Source: Gemmatimonadota bacterium
Lineage (GTDB): Bacteria > Gemmatimonadota > Gemmatimonadetes > Palauibacterales > Palauibacteraceae
Assembly: GCA_963666735.1 (NCBI GenBank)
Contig: OY762926.1
Span: 2,495,319 to 2,559,318, forward strand
Direction: 5' to 3'
Length of the DNA: 64,000 nt
Shown piece by piece: positions 1 through 9,801 of this stretch (the stretch's first letter is position 1; each line of letters opens with the position of its first letter). A program made the position numbers and the translations under genes. The notes under the pieces were generated by a model. The model saw nothing but the letters and a program-made list of their open reading frames with translations, had not been told where the DNA came from and made no database searches.

Positions 1-1
1 C

Positions 2-3000
2 GTGAGCCGGCTGCCCCTTTCATCGACGGAACGGATCGACCGCTCCCGGCCGCTCGGTTTCCGCTGGTGCGGACGCGCGCTGGAGGGGTTCGAGGGAGAT
101 ACCGTCGCATCGGCGCTCTGGGGGGCGGGGGTCCGCACCTTCGGCCGAAGCCTCGAGTATCACAGGCCCCGGGGGCTCTACGACCTGGAGGGAGAGGGGT
201 CGAGCCAACTCGTCTCGATCAACGGCGTTCCGAACCAGTCCGCCGGGACGACGCCGCTGCGCGAGGGGATGGAGGTCGGAGCCCAGAACGTGCGCGGCGA
301 TCCGCGGTTCGACGCCTTCGGTTTCCTGGACCGGCTGGACCGGTTCATGCCCGCGGGCTTCTACTACCGGCTCTTCCACCGGCCCGCCTGGGCCGCCCGG
401 TTCTTCCAGGAGCGGATGCGCGGGCTGGCCGGCCTGGGCGTGTTGCGGCTCGACGCACCGGACGGGGCGCGGGCCGGGGAGCGGGCCGGGGAGCGGGCCG
501 AGCGCTACCTGAACGCGGACGTGGCCGTGGTCGGCGGCGGCCCGGCCGGGATGTCTGCGGCGCTGGAGGCCGGGCGCCTCGGCCTCCGCGTATGCCTGTT
601 CGAGCGCCGGCCGTGGCTGGGGGGGCATCTCGACTGGCGCGTGCGGGACGGTCGTCCGCTCGCCGCGGAGGTATCCGCGCTGGCCGAAGAACTCGGACGC
701 ATGCCGTCCGTGCGCGTGTTCCGGCACGCACCGGTCACAGGGGTGTGGGGCGAGAACCTGCTGACGGGCTTCCAGCGCGGAGGGACAACCCACTGGGAGT
801 GTCGGGCACGAGCCATCGTGGTCGCGACGGGTTCCATCGAGCGGCCGCTCGTGTTCGAGCACAACGATCGTCCGGGCGTGATGCAGGTGGACACGGCGAT
901 CCGGCTCGCGCGGACGTACGGCGTCCGGCCGGGCGCGGCCGCCGCCTTCAGCGTAGGCGACGACCTCGGGCTCGAGGCGGCGGCGGACCTGGCCGCGGTC
1001 GGCGTGGATGTGCGCGTCGTCGCCGACGCCCGGCGCGACGGGCACGACCCGGACCTGATGGCCGCCCTGTCGTCCGCGAGGATCGACTTCCGGCCGGGGT
1101 GGGCGGCGAGTCGCGTGCGGGGGCGGAGCCGGGTGAGGGGCGTTGAACTGGCGGCCCGGGCGGGGAGCGGCACGGCGGGCGATTCGCTGCGCGTGGCGTG
1201 CGATCTGCTGGTGGCGACCGCGGGACGCCAACCGGACATCGGGGTCCTCTCGTGCGCCGGCGCGCGGTTCCGCCACGGCGAGCGCACCCGGACGTTCGAG
1301 CTCGAGCGCCTCCCGCCCGACGTGTTCGCCGCGGGCGGCGTCCTTCGACTCACCGATCTCGAGGCGCTCACATGTTCCGGGCGGATCGCGGGGCTCAAAG
1401 CCGCTGCGGCCTGCGGAGCGAGCGTCGGGGGGCCGCTGACCCGGGAGCGCGCGCGTCTGGACGACCTGCCGGGACCCGCGGAGGGCTCCTCGATCGTGCG
1501 CGGACCGGCCGCCGGCCGGGGCCTCGCCCCCGGCCGCAAGGCGTTCCTCGATCTCGACGAAGACGGCACGTGGAAGAACGCGGCCCAGAGCGCGGCGTAC
1601 GGCTTCGACGTGCCCGAACTCGCGAAGCGCTTCGGGAACTTCGGTCTCGGCCCGGGCCAGTACCGCGTGCCGGGCCAGAACCTCGCCATGGCGATGGCCG
1701 AGATCGCGGGGCGGCCGGTCGGCAGTTTCGCCGCCACCACGGTGCGCCCGCCGGTCATCCCCCCTTCCCTCGCGACGCTCGCGGGCCCGAACCACGACGT
1801 CCACAAACAGACCCCGCTGCACGAGGACCAGGCCTCGCGGGGCGCCGTGTTCCGCCGGGCGGGGCACTGGCTGAGGGCGCGCTACTTCAGTGCGGACCGG
1901 CAGTGTCTGGAGGAGATTCGCAACGTGCGCGAGAACGTCGGCCTCCTCGACAGTTCGCCGCTCGGGAAGTTCCGGATCTGGGGGCCCGACGCCCTGCGCG
2001 CGCTCCAGCGCGTCTATGTCTCCGACATGACGCGGGCCCGGCCCGGCCGGTGCACGTACTCGGCGATGTGCAACGACACGGGCAACATCATCGACGACGG
2101 CGTCGTCGTGCGGACGGGCGAGGACGAGTTCTACTTCACGACGAGTTCGAGCCGGGCGGGCGTCACCGTCGAGTGGCTCCGTTTCCACACGCGGTACGAC
2201 GGCTGGGACTACAACCTCGTGAACCTCACCGACGCCCTCGCCTCCATCAACGTGGCGGGGCCGAACGCGCGGCGGGTGCTGGGCAGGATCACGGACGCGG
2301 ATCTGTCGGACGAGGCGTTCCCCTACCTGGGGTGCCGCGAGATCGAGGTGGGAGACGGGGTCGCGGCGCGGTGTCTGCGCCTCGGGTTCGTGGGCGAGTT
2401 GTCCTATGAACTGCACGTCGGTGCGAGCTACGCCCGGTACGTGTGGGACCTCGTGTGGGAGGGCGGGGCGGAGTACGGCATCCGCCCGTTCGGGCTCGAA
2501 GCGCAGAACTGCCTGCGGTCCGAGAAGGGACACGTGATCATCGGGACGGAATCCGAGCAGCGCGTCACCCTCATCGACATCGGCATGGGCTGGCTCTGGG
2601 ACCGCGGGGATACGGCTTCCGGCAAGGTGGGGGCCGCGGCGCTGCGCCACTGCGAGGAACAGCCGGGGAGGTTGAAGCTCGTCGGACTGCGGGTCGACGA
2701 CCCCGCGGACCGCGACGCGGGGGCCACGGGCAATCGTGACGTGGCTCACCGGCCCGGGGACGGGGCGCTTGTCGTGGACGGGGACCGGATCGCCGGCTTC
2801 GTCTGCACGACGCGGCACAGCGAGACGCTGGGCTGGCAGTACGGACTCGCCCTCGTCGAGGACCGGCTCGCGGAGCGGGGCCGTTCGCTAGACCTGTACG
2901 AGTCGCTGGGCCGGCGGGCCGCGCGTTCGACCGCGACCGTGGTGCCTCCCCACTTCTACGATCCGAAAGGAACGCGCCTGCGGATCGCCCCCGGAGGGCG

Positions 3001-3682
3001 CCCGAATCGGTCGGGTGAGGCGCCATGGTCGGCGGCGCCCGCGGCCCATCGCCGGTCTCCGGTCCGCTTCGACGCCGCGCCCGCCCGCACCGAGCGCCGG
3101 GCCGGCTGGAACGTCGTGCTCGAATACAAACCGGACCGCGCCCCCGCCGACGCCCTGCGCCGGGCCTGCCTCATCGACCTCAGCCACCGCGCGCGCTGGG
3201 ACGTCCAGCATCGGGACATCGGGACCCTGCGGCCGTTCGGCCTCGACGTCCCGCCCAGGGCCGGAGACGTCGCGGTGCGGGACGGACTGATGATCAACCG
3301 GATGAACGGGACCCAGGCCTCGATCTGGCACGTCGGACCCGGCGCGGCCCCGGCCACGCCCGACGGGCCGCACTACACGGACACGACCGACGCGCACTGC
3401 TGGCTCGCCCTGCTCGGAGACTCCGTTCCGGAAGTGCTGGAGAGCGTCACCGATCTCGACCTCTTCGAACCGGGGCGCCCCCGGCCGGTCCTGACCCAGG
3501 GGCCGATCCTCCACGTCCCCTGCCAGATCGTCACCTGGCGTGAGCATCTCGTCCTCATCGCCTGCAGCCGGGGGTACGGACAGACCTTCGTCGAAGCGCT
3601 CCTCGAATCCGGGCGCCACGCGGGGCTGCGCCCGGCCGGCGAGCGCGTCTTCACCGATTGGATTCACGCGCTGGAGAGCTGA
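2..3682 (+). CDS. soxA: Sarcosine oxidase alpha subunit (NAD/FAD-binding N-terminus plus GcvT-like folate-binding domain) continuing in frame into a sarcosine oxidase gamma-subunit-like C-terminal ~200 aa; N-terminus at window edge (GTG at 2 plausible start)
   Basis: N-terminal EGFEGDTVASALWGAGV...EYHRPRG matches SoxA; central aminomethyltransferase-like block (GLLDSSPLGKFRIWGPDA...); tail after ...PPHFYDPKGTRLR resembles SoxG; single uninterrupted ORF. Confidence 0.75.
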   Translation: MSRLPLSSTERIDRSRPLGFRWCGRALEGFEGDTVASALWGAGVRTFGRSLEYHRPRGLYDLEGEGSSQLVSINGVPNQSAGTTPLREGMEVGAQNVRGDPRFDAFGFLDRLDRFMPAGFYYRLFHRPAWAARFFQERMRGLAGLGVLRLDAPDGARAGERAGERAERYLNADVAVVGGGPAGMSAALEAGRLGLRVCLFERRPWLGGHLDWRVRDGRPLAAEVSALAEELGRMPSVRVFRHAPVTGVWGENLLTGFQRGGTTHWECRARAIVVATGSIERPLVFEHNDRPGVMQVDTAIRLARTYGVRPGAAAAFSVGDDLGLEAAADLAAVGVDVRVVADARRDGHDPDLMAALSSARIDFRPGWAASRVRGRSRVRGVELAARAGSGTAGDSLRVACDLLVATAGRQPDIGVLSCAGARFRHGERTRTFELERLPPDVFAAGGVLRLTDLEALTCSGRIAGLKAAAACGASVGGPLTRERARLDDLPGPAEGSSIVRGPAAGRGLAPGRKAFLDLDEDGTWKNAAQSAAYGFDVPELAKRFGNFGLGPGQYRVPGQNLAMAMAEIAGRPVGSFAATTVRPPVIPPSLATLAGPNHDVHKQTPLHEDQASRGAVFRRAGHWLRARYFSADRQCLEEIRNVRENVGLLDSSPLGKFRIWGPDALRALQRVYVSDMTRARPGRCTYSAMCNDTGNIIDDGVVVRTGEDEFYFTTSSSRAGVTVEWLRFHTRYDGWDYNLVNLTDALASINVAGPNARRVLGRITDADLSDEAFPYLGCREIEVGDGVAARCLRLGFVGELSYELHVGASYARYVWDLVWEGGAEYGIRPFGLEAQNCLRSEKGHVIIGTESEQRVTLIDIGMGWLWDRGDTASGKVGAAALRHCEEQPGRLKLVGLRVDDPADRDAGATGNRDVAHRPGDGALVVDGDRIAGFVCTTRHSETLGWQYGLALVEDRLAERGRSLDLYESLGRRAARSTATVVPPHFYDPKGTRLRIAPGGRPNRSGEAPWSAAPAAHRRSPVRFDAAPARTERRAGWNVVLEYKPDRAPADALRRACLIDLSHRARWDVQHRDIGTLRPFGLDVPPRAGDVAVRDGLMINRMNGTQASIWHVGPGAAPATPDGPHYTDTTDAHCWLALLGDSVPEVLESVTDLDLFEPGRPRPVLTQGPILHVPCQIVTWREHLVLIACSRGYGQTFVEALLESGRHAGLRPAGERVFTDWIHALES

Positions 3683-3706
3683 GACGTTCCCGGACGACGG
3701 TTGTTT

Positions 3707-4978
3707 TCACTCGAATGACGCGCAACCAGACGTGAGAACCGGAGCGCCGCTGTCCGTTTCGGCGCGCAATCTCACGACGATCTCCACATCGAAAGCGTCC
3801 CTCGTGACGGCCAGCAGCCGACCTCCGCGATACGGAAGCCACGGGACGGCGTCCAAGGGTAGATCAGGCGTTGCCACCCCGAGGTGCCGCCCGCAGGGAT
3901 CGAAGATGTCCCATGCATCATCGTTCGGGTTGGAACTCCAGAGCCTCACCCACAACCACCCGTCGGGACCAGCCTTGATGTCTCGGATGAGTGGCTTGTG
4001 CGCCGGGAGCCCTGCGGCCGAGAAGGGTGACGATTCCGCGAGATCAGCACGTTCGCGTCCGGTCAGTGGGACTGGGACGCGGGGCAGCTTCACGGTCCGA
4101 ACGGTGTCGCCGCCGAGAGTGACGCGATGGAGAGCGTAGTCCGGGGCCCCCACTCGCCAAATCTCTCCGCCCGGATCGACGGTCCACGGCGTCTCTACGT
4201 GCATGGGCCGCGTCTGCATCACGTTGCCGCGTGCGCCGCCTCGGCTGACGGTTTGCCCGACCCGATACTCGACCCGGCCGAGGAGTAGCCTCCCCGCCGC
4301 CGAGACGGTGCCATCTTCCGACACCGCCAGCCTCTCGACCCAGGACTCGTGCACGAGCCGGGAAAACTCCCTCTCGACCAAGTCGAGACGGCGGCCATAG
4401 ATCCCCCCGAGGGTATCGGCGTGTGGAGTCCATGCAGCGTTGCCGGGCAACCGGTGCGCGACATCGCCTCCATTGCCCAGGGAGTCCACGAAGAACAGTG
4501 TGGGCGTGGCGCCAATCCAGAGCCGGTGCGGTTCCTGCCAGAGAAGGTTGAAGGGGAAAACGGATGCCGGGATTTGCCCTGGGCCGGGGCCGCGACGAGT
4601 GACGACGCGAAGGAAAGTCCCATCCGCGCCGAAGGAGCGAACCTCGCCCGCCGCGTAGTCGCCCACGTAGACGGATCCGGCTTGGTCAATGGCGAGCGAT
4701 CCCACGTTACCGAACACGTCGGGCCCAGTAGACACTATCGACCCGATCCTCAACTCCTCGACCAAGCGGAGGGGCAGCGCGCCACCCGGATCGGGGTTGC
4801 TCACGATGACGCGACCCGTCGGGAGCGTGTCCGGGAGCACGCCCCCCCGTCCCCCGTCCCCCGCGCACGCGACGAAGCCCGCAACTACAAGGAGGAAGAA
4901 GAGGGCTGGCCGCGCTAACGCGACCAGCCCCGGTGTTGAACGCTCAGCTACGTCCGTAAGGGTGGGTCGCGCTTGCAT
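3707..4978 (-). CDS. Secreted/lipoprotein 6-bladed beta-propeller (NHL/TolB-like) protein; paralog of 39568..40752 and of the partial gene at window end
   Basis: N-terminal hydrophobic segment with ...ACAGDGG, repeated ...DG..yv.D... beta-propeller-like motifs; similarity to other two copies in window. Confidence 0.45.
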   Translation of the reverse strand: MQARPTLTDVAERSTPGLVALARPALFFLLVVAGFVACAGDGGRGGVLPDTLPTGRVIVSNPDPGGALPLRLVEELRIGSIVSTGPDVFGNVGSLAIDQAGSVYVGDYAAGEVRSFGADGTFLRVVTRRGPGPGQIPASVFPFNLLWQEPHRLWIGATPTLFFVDSLGNGGDVAHRLPGNAAWTPHADTLGGIYGRRLDLVEREFSRLVHESWVERLAVSEDGTVSAAGRLLLGRVEYRVGQTVSRGGARGNVMQTRPMHVETPWTVDPGGEIWRVGAPDYALHRVTLGGDTVRTVKLPRVPVPLTGRERADLAESSPFSAAGLPAHKPLIRDIKAGPDGWLWVRLWSSNPNDDAWDIFDPCGRHLGVATPDLPLDAVPWLPYRGGRLLAVTRDAFDVEIVVRLRAETDSGAPVLTSGCASFE

Positions 4979-5406
4979 TCCTCATCCCATTCTCCGAACG
5001 CAATCTCCGTGAGCGATGTTTCGATCACTTCCTCGCCCCGACGCACTGTGATCTCCTGCGCCGCGCCGACCCGCGATTCCCGCCACGGCTTGGGCATCTC
5101 CCGAGCATCGCGCCCGTTGATCTCCAGCATCACATCTCCGTCCCGGAGACCCGCTTCATCCCCGGGCGAGCACGGACGAACCAAGACAATCACGGGATAG
5201 GGCCGCTCGGAAACAGGCGGGAAACTGATTTTTCCGTCCCGACCGATGAGGTCTTGGAGTCCGCCAGGGTAAGGATCGTAGGCTACACCTCGGAAAGGCT
5301 CCCAAGCCTCCGGGCGCGCGGGCTCCGGTCCCGCCACCTGGCCGCATACGACGACCGGCCGCGACAGCAGGACCGAAACCACTAATACGCACACGTACCG
5401 AGACAT
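4948..5406 (-). CDS. Secreted PDZ-domain protein
   Basis: Signal peptide MSRYVCVLVVSVLLS..., PDZ-like GSPGDEAGLRDGDVMLEINGRDA; start chosen at internal ATG (5406) with signal peptide. Confidence 0.45.
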   Translation of the reverse strand: MSRYVCVLVVSVLLSRPVVVCGQVAGPEPARPEAWEPFRGVAYDPYPGGLQDLIGRDGKISFPPVSERPYPVIVLVRPCSPGDEAGLRDGDVMLEINGRDAREMPKPWRESRVGAAQEITVRRGEEVIETSLTEIAFGEWDEECKRDPPLRT

Positions 5407-5447
5407 CGTCACGCCCTCGGTAACCCTCGGGAATCGCATCGGACTTC

Positions 5448-5693
5448 TTACCAGATATCGCATTCGATATCGATTGACGCTACATCGCCGTCTGAATTGC
5501 ACGTGAGGTAGAAGTTGCTCCGGTGCGGCCTCTCGCAGGCGGCGTTCAAGGCATCAAACCCCGCTTGGATGGCGTCGTCGCTGCATTGGTTAGCCGCCCC
5601 GTGCGCCGATTCCATGGGGAGACACACCCCCGAAACAGGCAAGGGGTTGGCAATCGATGTTAGGTTGGCCGCCCTTGCGGTACCGACACACAT
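5448..5693 (-). CDS. Small Cys-rich hypothetical secreted protein in lower-GC patch
   Basis: ORF only; signal-like MCVGTARAANLTS; no recognised domain. Confidence 0.2.
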   Translation of the reverse strand: MCVGTARAANLTSIANPLPVSGVCLPMESAHGAANQCSDDAIQAGFDALNAACERPHRSNFYLTCNSDGDVASIDIECDIW

Positions 5694-5897
5694 CGCCAAC
5701 AAGAATCGGAGACAGCGGGGAGAACAAATCGCGCCGTACACAACATGATACCATCTCGTAAGTTGAAGAAACAACAGCACCTTACGAAGGCGATACCGTA
5801 CCCCCTCGGGGTTCTTTAGCGCAAGCGGCCGAGTAGAAGACGGAGTAGAAGACCCTGGGGTCGCGAGCGAAGTTATTTCCGAGCTCGGCCCGAGGAC

Positions 5898-7025
5898 TCA
5901 GCCCGCGGCGGCGAGGGCCCGGTCCAGATCTTCCTTCAGGTCCTCGGCGTGCTCGAGGCCGACGGACATCCGGAGCAGGTTCTCCGGCGCACGGGTCGCC
6001 GCCCCCTCGATCGAGGCCCGGTGCTCGATGAGGGAGTGGGTGCCCCCGAGACTCGTCGCGCGGGCGATGATCTTCACCGCGGCGGCGACCGCGAAGGCCT
6101 CCTCCCGACCACCCGTCACATCGAACGACAGCATGCCGCCGAAGCCGGACATCTGACGCGCCGCGAGGCCGTGTCCCGGATCGTCCTCCAGACCCGGGTA
6201 GTGGACCCGCTCGACGCGCGGGTGGGCGTCGAGGAAGCGGGCAAGTTCCATGGCGTTGGCGCAGTGCATGGCCATGCGCGCGGCGAGGGATTCGAGTCCC
6301 CGTCTCGTGAGCCAGGCGTCGAAGGGCGACGGTACCAGGCCGCCATCCTTCTGGATCCCCCGCAGCGCTTCAAGCGTCTCGCCCCGCTCGCGCGCGATCA
6401 CCGCACCCCCGGTCACGTCGCTGTGGCCGCCGAAGTACTTGGTCGTGGAGTGCATGACGAGGTCCACCCCGAGCTCCAGCGGCCGCTGCAGAAGCGGCGT
6501 CGCCCACGTGTTGTCGCAGCACGAGATCGCCCGGCCCTCACGCGCGATGCCGGCGATCGCCTCGACGTCGGAGATGCGGATGAGCGGGTTCGACGGCGTC
6601 TCCATCCATACGAGGCGGGTGTTCGGCCTCATGGCGACCCGTACGGCGTCGAGGTCGGTCATATCGACGAAGCTCGCCTCGATCCCGCGCCGCGCGAACT
6701 GCTCCCGCAGGAGTACGCCGGTCCCGAAGTACGCGTCGTCCGCGGCGACGACGTGGTCCCCCGGCGCAAGGGAGAAGATGACGGAAAACGTCGCCGCCAT
6801 CCCGGAGGGGAAAGCGATGGCTTCCGGCCCGCCCTCCAGCGCGGCCAGCGCCGCCTCCAGCGCGGCCCGGTTCGGGTTCCCGCTGCGGGAGTAGTCGAAC
6901 CCCCCGGGGTACGACCCGTCCGCGCCGCGCTCGAAGGTGGTCGAGAGCGTGATCGGGGGCGCGATCGCCCGGCTCGTCCCGTCCGGATCCAAGCCCGTCT
7001 TCACCGCCAGCGTTTCAATTCGCAT
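5898..7025 (-). CDS. PLP-dependent Cys/Met metabolism enzyme (cystathionine gamma-synthase / beta-lyase family)
   Basis: HSTTKYFGGHSD lysine motif region, SGNPNR..., typical length 375 aa. Confidence 0.8.
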   Translation of the reverse strand: MRIETLAVKTGLDPDGTSRAIAPPITLSTTFERGADGSYPGGFDYSRSGNPNRAALEAALAALEGGPEAIAFPSGMAATFSVIFSLAPGDHVVAADDAYFGTGVLLREQFARRGIEASFVDMTDLDAVRVAMRPNTRLVWMETPSNPLIRISDVEAIAGIAREGRAISCCDNTWATPLLQRPLELGVDLVMHSTTKYFGGHSDVTGGAVIARERGETLEALRGIQKDGGLVPSPFDAWLTRRGLESLAARMAMHCANAMELARFLDAHPRVERVHYPGLEDDPGHGLAARQMSGFGGMLSFDVTGGREEAFAVAAAVKIIARATSLGGTHSLIEHRASIEGAATRAPENLLRMSVGLEHAEDLKEDLDRALAAAG

Positions 7026-7142
7026 GCCGTATACCTTTGGAGCCCTGGTATCGAATCAAGGGAACCCTCTTTCGAGATTCTGCTGAGGGAGTATAATTGG
7101 TCGTGTATCATTCGAGTGGAAATCTGAGGATCCCAGGAATCT

Positions 7143-8135
7143 TCAATATGTGAGGAGCAATCTATCTTTGACCACTTCCCCTTCAAGCGATTGGCCTTCC
7201 AACTGAAAGCGTCGCAGCATCGATCTACCGCAATTCACAGTTGCTTCACGCTCGAACAAACCTGAAGGAATCGGTACATCGCAGATCACATCCCCTGATC
7301 GTTTCGAGCCATCGATGCTAAGAGCAACCAGGACACCCCTTTCCTTGCAGCGATCGATTTCGACGAACAAACGCTTGAGATTGAACGTCTGCGCTCCATA
7401 TAGAATGGCTTGAGTACATGTGTACGGAGGGTCACAATATACAACGTCGCCCCTCTTAGCATCAGCCATCGTATCGGCGAAGTCACATACAGCAAAGGAA
7501 GCTCCCTGGAGCCTGGCTCGCCACTCATCCACACGCCGCGCAAAGGACTCCGGGGCAATAGGCTTATGCACACCGCATGGCGTACTCAAGTATCCGTCTT
7601 GGCGGAACCGGACGATTCCCCCGTAGCAAGCTCGCGAAATCATGAGGAGATCGGCTCCGTTGGGCCGGCGGTTATACGAGTCGCGTATCGCCGCATAGCC
7701 CATCTGCGGGGTTTGGGTGTGACGCATCATGCTGTTCCAGCGTCCGCTGTACCAAGTCTTGAGAAGCTCAGGGTCGCGAAGGAGGGTGTCCCAGATCTCA
7801 ACCAGAGGTTCTAAAACGTCAGATCCAACCGCGCGCCGTGGCGCCAGCGTTCCCATGACCGCTCCGCTACCGAGAAACGGCTCATAGTACGTCCCGTAGC
7901 CCCGAGGGAAATACCGCGCGATCTCATGGGCAAATCGTTGTTTGTTGCCAACCCATTTCAGGAGTTGCATCCGGAACGGCGGGACGCCGAACCCCAGCGC
8001 CGCATCCGACGTTGTATCCTCAAAATCCAGCTGTACCGGCAACCCTGCCCTCCCCTGTTGCTTTCGACCCGGTTTCCCTGCCTGAACGAACGGACGAAAC
8101 TTATCCGCTTTTGGGATATCCGCAACCCGGAGCAT
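7143..8135 (-). CDS. Dam-like (D12 class, gamma-type) N6-adenine DNA methyltransferase, R-M modification subunit; true start may be internal ATG at 7970
   Basis: LKWVGNKQRF...YYEPFLGSGAV (motif I) and C-terminal DPPY (motif IV); lower-GC island. Confidence 0.8.
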   Translation of the reverse strand: MLRVADIPKADKFRPFVQAGKPGRKQQGRAGLPVQLDFEDTTSDAALGFGVPPFRMQLLKWVGNKQRFAHEIARYFPRGYGTYYEPFLGSGAVMGTLAPRRAVGSDVLEPLVEIWDTLLRDPELLKTWYSGRWNSMMRHTQTPQMGYAAIRDSYNRRPNGADLLMISRACYGGIVRFRQDGYLSTPCGVHKPIAPESFARRVDEWRARLQGASFAVCDFADTMADAKRGDVVYCDPPYTCTQAILYGAQTFNLKRLFVEIDRCKERGVLVALSIDGSKRSGDVICDVPIPSGLFEREATVNCGRSMLRRFQLEGQSLEGEVVKDRLLLTY

Positions 8136-8183
8136 AGCATTCTTCCTACCCTCGGCAAGCCACCCACGGAACCCTTGAACAAC

Positions 8184-8438
8184 ATGCTAATCGGAGATCA
8201 GCCAGAAATCATCGTCAGATCCCTCCTGCGGACGATCCGCCTCGAGGCGGGTCTGACGCAAGCTGACGTGGCTCGGCAAATCGGGCGGCCCCAGAGCTTC
8301 GTCAGCAAGTATGAATCGGGCGAGCGACGTCTCACGCTGCATGAAGTTCGGTCCATCTGCATCGCGTGCCAAGTCGAGCTCGCCACGTTCGTTCAACGCT
8401 TCGAACGTCACCTCCACGGACCTTCTCATGCAACCTGA
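8184..8438 (+). CDS. Controller (C) protein, XRE-family HTH regulator of restriction-modification system
   Basis: 85 aa, HTH ...GLTQADVARQIGRPQSFVSKYESGERRLTL... (C-protein hallmark ESGER); divergent from MTase, overlaps next gene by 11 nt. Confidence 0.7.
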   Translation: MLIGDQPEIIVRSLLRTIRLEAGLTQADVARQIGRPQSFVSKYESGERRLTLHEVRSICIACQVELATFVQRFERHLHGPSHAT

Positions 8439-9279
8439 CCCGACGTTCCTTCGACAGCCTGGATCTTTCTGGGCAAATGTAAGAGCCATCAGCCAAGTGG
8501 CTGGCTATTCCGTGCGCGGAACCGGCTACGTATCCGCCCACGGACTGAGCGCCATGGTCCGTGCGGTGGAGCGTAAGGGCCTCCAAAGCACTCACCTACA
8601 AAGCGCCGACGGCCAGCCCACCGCCCTGGGGGCGAAGCTCACCAGCTATTTCCGGTTCCGAGCAAGAATGTTGAACGACTATGTTGAGCCTCGCCTAATG
8701 GATCTGGAGCGAGCACAGAACGTGTTCGGTGAATTACACGCTCGCTTGGCGCCCCGCTGCCCGATTCCGGCAAATAAGCAGAGGGGCGAAAAGGCCGGAC
8801 CAGCCTATTTCACGGGTATCATCAACATGCTCATTGAGCAGCATAGCCAAGGGTGTCCAGTAGATTACGACCCGCGCCAACTCACGACGGTTACACGAGA
8901 TGAGAAACCACTGCGAACACTGGCGCGACGTGTGGATGGAGCGTTTCCGGCGCCTTTGAACCCGATCGCCATTTGGGAAATCAAAGAATATTACTACACG
9001 ACGACGTTCGGAAGCCGTATTGCAGATGGCGTCTACGAGACCTTGTTGGACGGCATGGAGCTGTCAGAGTTGTTCACGAACGAGGACGTTCGGGTCGATC
9101 ACCTGCTAATGATCGATAGCCATCGTACATGGTGGAAATCGGGGCGGTCCTACCTCTGCCGTATCATCGACATGTTGCACATGGGTTTCGTCGATGAGGT
9201 GCTCTTCGGATATGAAGTCGTCGAGCGGCTCCCCGACGTTGTGGCAAACTGGGTCACCCGATATCGACAGCCCCACTAG
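8428..9279 (+). CDS. Putative Type II restriction endonuclease (partner of Dam-like MTase; GATC specificity plausible but unproven)
   Basis: 284 aa ORF immediately downstream/overlapping C gene in classical C-R arrangement; low GC; possible PD-(D/E)xK-like ...D...EIKEYYY; no recognisable other domain. Confidence 0.45.
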   Translation: MQPDPTFLRQPGSFWANVRAISQVAGYSVRGTGYVSAHGLSAMVRAVERKGLQSTHLQSADGQPTALGAKLTSYFRFRARMLNDYVEPRLMDLERAQNVFGELHARLAPRCPIPANKQRGEKAGPAYFTGIINMLIEQHSQGCPVDYDPRQLTTVTRDEKPLRTLARRVDGAFPAPLNPIAIWEIKEYYYTTTFGSRIADGVYETLLDGMELSELFTNEDVRVDHLLMIDSHRTWWKSGRSYLCRIIDMLHMGFVDEVLFGYEVVERLPDVVANWVTRYRQPH

Positions 9280-9306
9280 CGAGACAGTAGTAGCGATTCC
9301 GACGGA

Positions 9307-9801
9307 TCAGCTTCGCCGAGCCCGAAGAGACCCGCCGATGAGGACGCCGACGGGGCCGATGACGAGCATCGCGATGGGGTACCATGCCGGTCCGTAGGGA
9401 TCGCCGGAGGCGGAGAGGCCGGCGAGCGAGGCGAGGCTGAAGAAGACGAGAATCGCCGCCAGGACGCCGGCGTGGAGCCGTGGTGCGCGCGGCGCCGCCC
9501 AGGCCGCGAGGAAGCCGGCCAGGATGGTGACCGCGAGACGCACGCCCAGACTCGTGAAGATGAACGCGACGCCCGGCTCCGTGCCCGGTTCGACGCCGAA
9601 GAGCGACAGCAGGAGCCGGCCGGTGAGCACCGAGCCCAGCGTCAGCACGACGAAGCCCAGGATGACGGCCGCGACGCTGCGCAGGAGCGAGGCATCGTTC
9701 ATGCGCGACCACGTCTCGACCGCTTCGTCGAGGTCGGGACGGTGGCCAGGCGGAGGTCCCGCCGTAGAGGGTCCGGAAATCGAGGGTCCGGAAGGGGTCA
9801 T
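9307..9801 (-). CDS. Small integral membrane protein (4 predicted TM helices), translationally coupled (ATGA) to upstream hydrolase
   Basis: Hydrophobic segments; start ATG 9801 overlaps stop of 9798..11717. Confidence 0.4.
   Translation of the reverse strand: MTPSGPSISGPSTAGPPPGHRPDLDEAVETWSRMNDASLLRSVAAVILGFVVLTLGSVLTGRLLLSLFGVEPGTEPGVAFIFTSLGVRLAVTILAGFLAAWAAPRAPRLHAGVLAAILVFFSLASLAGLSASGDPYGPAWYPIAMLVIGPVGVLIGGSLRARRS

Noticed and set aside
20-2818. 932-aa minus-strand ORF
   Set aside because: Antisense to the well-supported soxA; Arg/Pro/Gly-rich translation typical of GC-rich shadow ORFs
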